Positions 58,731 to 64,000 of a stretch of DNA of 64,000 nucleotides are shown here, piece by piece (the first letter of the stretch is position 1; every line of letters begins with the position of its first letter). The position numbers and the translations under genes were made by a program. This DNA comes from Dictyostelium discoideum (taxonomy: Eukaryota): positions 2,432,001-2,496,000 of the forward strand of contig CM000150.2 of assembly GCA_000004695.1 (NCBI GenBank), in the 5' to 3' direction. The notes beneath the pieces were generated by a model. That model was not told where the DNA came from. It searched no databases and saw only the letters and a list, made by a program, of their open reading frames with translations.

Positions 58731-58775
58731 CCATTATGTGGGGGGAGGGAGACAGGGGGGGAGTTGAAAGATTTA
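58731..58775. other. G-rich island (TGTGGGGGGAGGGAGACAGGGGGGGAG), AG(1-8)-like, in the divergent intergenic region
   Basis: cattatgtggggggagggagacagggggggagttgaaag lies between the TPR gene ATG (58162) and the frameshifted ORF cluster. It shares the TGTGGGGG(G)AGGG core with the island at 13629. Confidence 0.3.
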
Positions 58776-59388
58776 AAAGAGAAAAAAAAAAAAAAGGAGA
58801 AAAAAAAAAAAAAAGAAGAAAAAAAAAACAAATAAATTAATGTTGAAATTTACACTTTATTAGTAATTTTATTAAGAGTAAAAAAAAACTTAATTTTCAA
58901 TTTTTTTTCTTTTAATAAATCAATTACTTTTTGTGTGTTAGGTTAGTTTGAAAACTTTTTATGATTCCATTTTTTCTCCTTTTGTTTTTTTTTTTATACC
59001 TGAATCTGGAAAATAAAAAATTCGTAATGTGGAAATTATTATCAATTAACGTTTAAAAAATGAAGGGGTAAAGGTGTAAATTAATAAAATGTAGGGGGAT
59101 TGTGAAATTTGGTATGGGAAAATAAAAAAAAAAGTGTGGGTTAGATTTTTTAAAAAAAAAAAAAATTTAATTTAAAAAATGTCAAGAGATATTTTTCTAA
59201 TTGGTTGAAAATAAAAGGGCAGTAAGATAACCCATGGAAAACTGATTGCCAGTCTTGGTTTGGATATTAAGAAAAAAAAAAAATATTTGCTTTTTTTTAT
59301 TTTTTTTTTATTTTTTTTTTTTTTTTTGGGGATTAGTTCAAAAAAAAAAAAATGTTAATAAAAATAATCTCTTTGTGTTTCAAAATCA

Positions 59389-61733
59389 AATAAAGATATT
59401 CCATCAATACTTTCTCTTGGTGGTAATGTTACAATTAGAGGTTTCGATTCAAGTTCAACATGGACTGGTTATGATAGAATTAATCAAACAACATTCATCA
59501 GATCATTTCCATTCACAAATAATGGTAATTACCAATTATTAAATTAGGTGGTTTAAGAAATGCAGTGGGTATTGAACAATATAATTTAGATAATTATTAT
59601 ACAAAAATGACAAAGAATGTTTATACTGATAAATATGCATTTGATTCAATACAAACACCTCACACTGGTCATGTATTAATAAATCCTTATAATAAAAATG
59701 TTTGGATAAAAGGCATTGGTAGTTGCTCAATGGTTTTCACTGGTTCTTCAATTGTAGATATTCAAAATTCAGTATTTTATGATTTTGGACATACAACATC
59801 ATTACAATTACATCAAACTAATAATAGTCCAAATAGATATCCAATCACATTATACCATAATAAAAAACCAGTAAATATTGAAAATAATTGTTTTTTACCA
59901 TCAATCAATTCCCCACAACAAAGTTTAACACCAAGATCATTCATTGGTGCAGTTCATTCATTTGGTAATATCATTGGTAATTCATTTGTATTAAGTGAAT
60001 CTTCAAGTGGAATGGCTATGAGTGGTATTTCATTATTATATGGTACTGAACAATTCAATATCAGTTATAATTCTTTCATATCATTTTACTCGAATACTAC
60101 AGCAGTACCATCAAATAGACAATATCCAGATAATATCGATTATATCAATAGTGGTATTATTTCAACATCACCATATTCAATTTATGAATCAAATGCATTT
60201 GAAGGTAGATTCAAAGGTGGTGCAATTCGCATTATTCCATTACAATCAAGATCAACAATTGTAGGTTTAAATAGTGATAGATTAGGTGTTTACAATGGAT
60301 ATGAACAATCAAATCTCGATGATAAAGTATCCAATAGTATTTGGAATAAAGTTATATTCAAAGATAATGTATTCTTTGGCGAATCAGAATTTCGTGTTAC
60401 ATATCTAATGTCAATACAACCACCAATTAAAATCAACTTTTTAAGAGGATGGTATATTAATCAAAGACCATCGATGACATTACCACCAAATGAAGCAAAT
60501 GTCGATTACTCTTATGATTCATCATTAATTTGGATACGTTTAAGACCATTGAATATGGCCCCAACTGAAACCAATAATCTTTCAGGTAAATGCAATAGTG
60601 TTTCAATAAAGAATTCAGACCTTTCATCCTCTTACAATTTTTTCTCAGATTCATTCAGATGTAATTTCAATTGTTGATTCAAAATTCACAGAAAAAATTA
60701 ACCCTGGAAATAATAGTATAAGCTTCATTAAAAGATTTACCAATCAACTATTCCTTTCAAATGTTAATGGTACAAAAAGCAATAGAAGTAATGCAATGAG
60801 TACACGTTCATATCCATTTTATCAAATATCACCAAATAGTATTATCAATCCACCATTAACTCAAAATAATATTAATTCACATTCATTGCAAATTTTGAAA
60901 TGAATCTATTCTTTGGTATCGAATCACTAGTTCTTGAAACAATAATTGATGAAGTTTTTCAAAATAATTCAATCATTAAACCTTTAGAAAATCCAATAGA
61001 TTCAAAATTTGTTCAATTACCACCTTCAGCCAATGGTCCATATACAGTAATTTTATCAACTAGACCTAATTTTCCAAATAATACAATTTATGAAAAAGTA
61101 CCACACACAGGATGTTTCTTTGCAGGAACATATATTGTTGATAATAGTGCAAATAATTTTTATCTTGGTATTGATTTATCACCACCAATTGATCATCTTA
61201 TTACACCACCACGTGCATTATCAATTTTTGGTAAACAATGGACAAAATGTAATTGGATTCAATCATTAAATAAATGTACAACAACAGGTTTATTCACACC
61301 AAATTCATCAATGACATTTATTCCATCTGAAATCACAGAAAATGATGAAATCTCAATGATAACATCATACCTTGGTAATGATATAATCAATAATATTCCA
61401 AGTACACTCAATAAATCATTAGCAGGTCCACATCAATATAAATTTTATTTATACTCATATAATCCAGATTGGACAGATTCAATCGTTAATCCAATACCAT
61501 CATTTACAATTAAAATCAATGGTAAATATCAAGAACCAATTACAAGATCAGCGCCATCTTATTTAACCTATAAAAAGTATGGTCCATTCTATTGGAATAA
61601 TATTAATTCAACTGAACAAACTCTATCAATTGGTTGGGCTAATGATAATATTAAATATTCAATTCCACTATCTGGTATTGAAATTTATTCAAATATTCAA
61701 ACTCCATTCACAATTCAATTAGTAATTAATTAA
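59389..61733 (+). pseudogene. Cluster of four consecutive same-strand ORF segments in three different frames (A about 59389-59550, B 59565-60677, C about 60610-60903, D 60900-61733). They encode S/T/N-rich, possibly beta-helix-like, sequence. Candidate frameshifted pseudogene, or a gene broken by sequencing or assembly indels.
   Basis: Segment A (..KDIPSILSLGGNVTIRGFDSSSTWTGYDRINQTTFIRSFPFTNNGNYQLLN*) has no ATG, and an in-frame TAA opens it. Segment B begins at a GTG, and its frame is closed only 16 nt upstream by ggTAAtt. B ends at a TGA at 60675-77 while frame +1 (C: FSQIHSDVISIVDSKFTEKINPGNNSISFIKRF...HSLQILK*) is open from 60610. C ends at a TGA that overlaps the ATG of D (MNLFFGIESLV...). 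B and D share frame 0. The implied introns would be under 25 nt, so splicing cannot join them. Repetitive motifs such as NSFVLSESSSGMAMSGISLLYGTEQFNISYNSFISF suggest parallel beta-helix coils. Confidence 0.35.
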
Positions 61734-61840
61734 ACTGGTTTAATCTAAAATTGTAATAACAAAAAAATAAATAAAAATAATATAAATAAAGTTTTAAGAT
61801 GACTATCTAAAAAAAATATATATTTAAGTGTAGTTTATTT

Positions 61841-62511
61841 TTAATTTTTTTTTCCGCCTAATACTCTTGAAGAAGTAGCAATTTTTGGTTGTTCTTTATA
61901 ATAATAATTATTACTATTACTTATATTCATATTAAAACTATTATTATTAAAATTATTATTATTAAAATTATTAAAACTATTGTTATTATTAATATTATTA
62001 TAATTATTATTATTATTATTATTATAATTATTAATATTATTATTATTATTTGTAAAACCGCTATTATTAGAATCTGGAATTGAAGAATCATAAAATAAAA
62101 TATTTTCTAATAATAAAACCTTTGAATCTTGAGTAAACTCTATATTATAAGAACCTTGTGGTAATGGTGGTGTTTGAAATGATATTTTTCTACCAGCATT
62201 TGAAATCTCAATATTTTGTAACTGTTTAACATTGTCACCATTACCAGAGCCAATATTAACTTTTAATATATTACTTTTTACTGGGTGTTTGAATTGTACA
62301 CTAACTTTATTTCCACTTAATGGTGACACTGTTGGATGAATCATTTCAACAACTATATCATCAAATGTTTCACCAGTAGATCCAATCTCTTTACTCATTA
62401 ATATTGAAAATGAATCATTTTGATGAGGTTGGTTATTATTATACCCACTATTACTGTTATTAAAAGATCTTAAACTAGGTGATGCTGTTTTTGGTGATGA
62501 ATTTAAACTAC

Positions 62512-62545
<34 letters not shown>

Positions 62546-64000
62546 ACTATTATTTCTGCTATGAGTTCTACTAAAACTTTTAATTTCATTATTATTACTA
62601 CTAATACTACTGCTAATACTACTACTGTTATTATAAAATTCACTATTATTATTATTAATATTATTATTATTATTATTTACATTGTTAAAATTTTTAACAT
62701 TATTTTGATTGTTTTTATATGTATTTTTATTTGAATCTGAAGAATTATTTAATAAAGGAGAGGTTGTTGATTTTTGAAACATATCAAGAGCATAATCATT
62801 TACATTTGAAATATCTTCATCAGTTTGAAAACAAGAATTTGTAAAGAAAAGGAACTGTTTTGTTAGTGTAAGATCGCCATCAGAGATTATTAATTCGACC
62901 TCGCCTTCATTTGGTTGTGAAGGACTAAGAAACATGATTGCATGTACATTCTGTTTAAAAGGTTTAACGTTTAAGTTTCCCACGGTGATTTCAATTGATT
63001 TCTTATTTAAATTATCACCAGTTATAGTGACAAAACAACCACTTTGTGGGCAAACTGCAGGTACAACCGATACGATTGAACTTCTATTATCAATTTCATC
63101 GATTAAAATATCCTTTAGTAATAAATAAACATCTGGCTTACTTCTCATTTCCATTGGTACAGCATATCCACGAATTCTAACTTCATCATTTAATTCTTTT
63201 AAAGTTAATGTTGATAATAATTTACCATCTACTAAAATTTGACCATCTTCTGAATATTTTGATTCGCTTGGTTTTGTAATTGGTCTATATTCTTGTTTTG
63301 TAATTGGTTGTTGTTGTTGTGTGGTTGGTTGTTTCTTATCACTTAATAAATTTGAAAATGATGAGAAAATACTTGATAATATTGGTGTTGGACTTGATGA
63401 TAATATATTACTATTATTAACTGATTCAATAATTGGACTTTCACAACCACTATTACTATAACTATTATTATTATTATTATTATTTGTAGTATAATTTGTA
63501 CCTTTTTTATTATTATTATTATTATTACCAATTTCTCTATTATAAATTTCTCTATTTAAAATATCAATTAATTGTTTTAAAACTTCTTGTTTTGATCTTG
63601 AATCACCTAAAGGTACAGATGAACCATGATTTTTAATTTCATCATTTATATCTTTGAGTGATAAAGAATTTAATAAATCTTGATTAATCTCTAATTCACC
63701 AGTTGATTGATTTGAAATAATTAATTGTGATTTATTTGATTTTATCATTGAATTTGTAGTATCGACAGTGATTAATAGCTTTTGATTGAATTGATTTGAG
63801 GTTAATTTAAATTCAGGTATTGAAGTTTGTAAATAAGTTGCAAAACTATGTTTAATATTATTGATGACTTGATTTTGTTTTGGTGTTGAACCTTGTAATT
63901 GTTTTAATTGTCTAATACCACTTTCCAACTCTTTGATTGAGATTGCAATGGTTTCTTCTAATGATTTCGCTTTTGAAACTGATGGTGATGCATTATTTTG
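61841..64000 (-). CDS. Protein with two SAP-like motifs and two IPT/TIG-like Ig-fold domains, N/S-rich. Partial: the 5' end lies beyond the window.
   Basis: The minus-strand frame is open from the window edge (..QNNASPSVSKAKSLEETIAISIKELESGIRQLKQLQG..). The track's M at 63928 is a TTG. Stop at 61841. SAP-like helix-loop-helix 1: LNSLSLKDINDEIKNHGSSVPLGDSRSKQEVLKQLIDIL. SAP-like 2: LSTLTLKELNDEVRIRGYAVPMEMRSKPDVYLLLKDILI. TIG-like 1: SIVSVVPAVCPQSGCFVTITGDNLNKKSIEITVGNLNVKPFKQNVHAIMFLSPSQPNEGEVELII. TIG-like 2: MIHPTVSPLSGNKVSVQFKHPVKSNILKVNIGSGNGDNVKQLQNIEISNAGRKISFQTPPLPQGSYNIEF. Confidence 0.55.

Noticed and set aside
59246-59542. 98 aa ORF (MPVLVWILRKKK...) upstream of the frameshifted cluster
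   Set aside because: It starts in a poly-A/T tract with a non-ATG start. The composition is non-coding, and it overlaps segment A in another frame.

Overview
This 64 kb window reads as Dictyostelium-type nuclear DNA. It is about 75-80% A+T, with poly(A/T) intergenic tracts, (AAT)n-encoded poly-Asn/Gln runs inside ORFs, and short AT-rich introns with GTAAGT/GTATGT donors and (Y)nAG acceptors. It is gene-dense, with about 25 protein-coding genes on both strands, most with 0-4 short introns. I found no rRNA, tRNA, CRISPR array or intact transposon. The ORF track uses alternative (TTG/GTG) starts and ignores splicing, so I rebuilt the gene models by eye; splice coordinates are approximate (about ±2 nt).

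Genes I can name from conserved motifs: eEF1A (partial), an ankyrin-repeat myotubularin phosphatase (CX5R motif VHCSDGWDRT), dihydroxyacetone kinase (DhaK+DhaL), a Rai1/DXO-like decapping nuclease, a bacterial-type HslV protease with an N-terminal extension, NKAP, NAP1, SGT1, a kinase-RasGEF fusion, a CD2BP2/LIN1-like protein, UQCC1/CBP3, SHQ1, and the DEAH helicase DHX35.

Less certain or novel-looking genes: a Uma2/DUF820-like PD-(D/E)XK nuclease-fold protein, a degenerate MoxR-like AAA+ pseudo-ATPase, a giant (~3,700 aa) protein made of many ASH/MSP-like beta-sandwich domains, a two-RRM + RS + coiled-coil protein, an UNC93/MFSD11-like transporter, a TPR protein with a mitochondrial-type presequence, and a partial SAP x2 + IPT/TIG protein running off the window end.

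Other items: a 2.3 kb stretch (59.4-61.7 kb) of same-strand ORFs in three different frames (probable pseudogene or frameshifted gene), two G-rich AG(n)-like islands in otherwise A/T-only intergenic DNA, and several microsatellites and direct repeats in promoters and introns.
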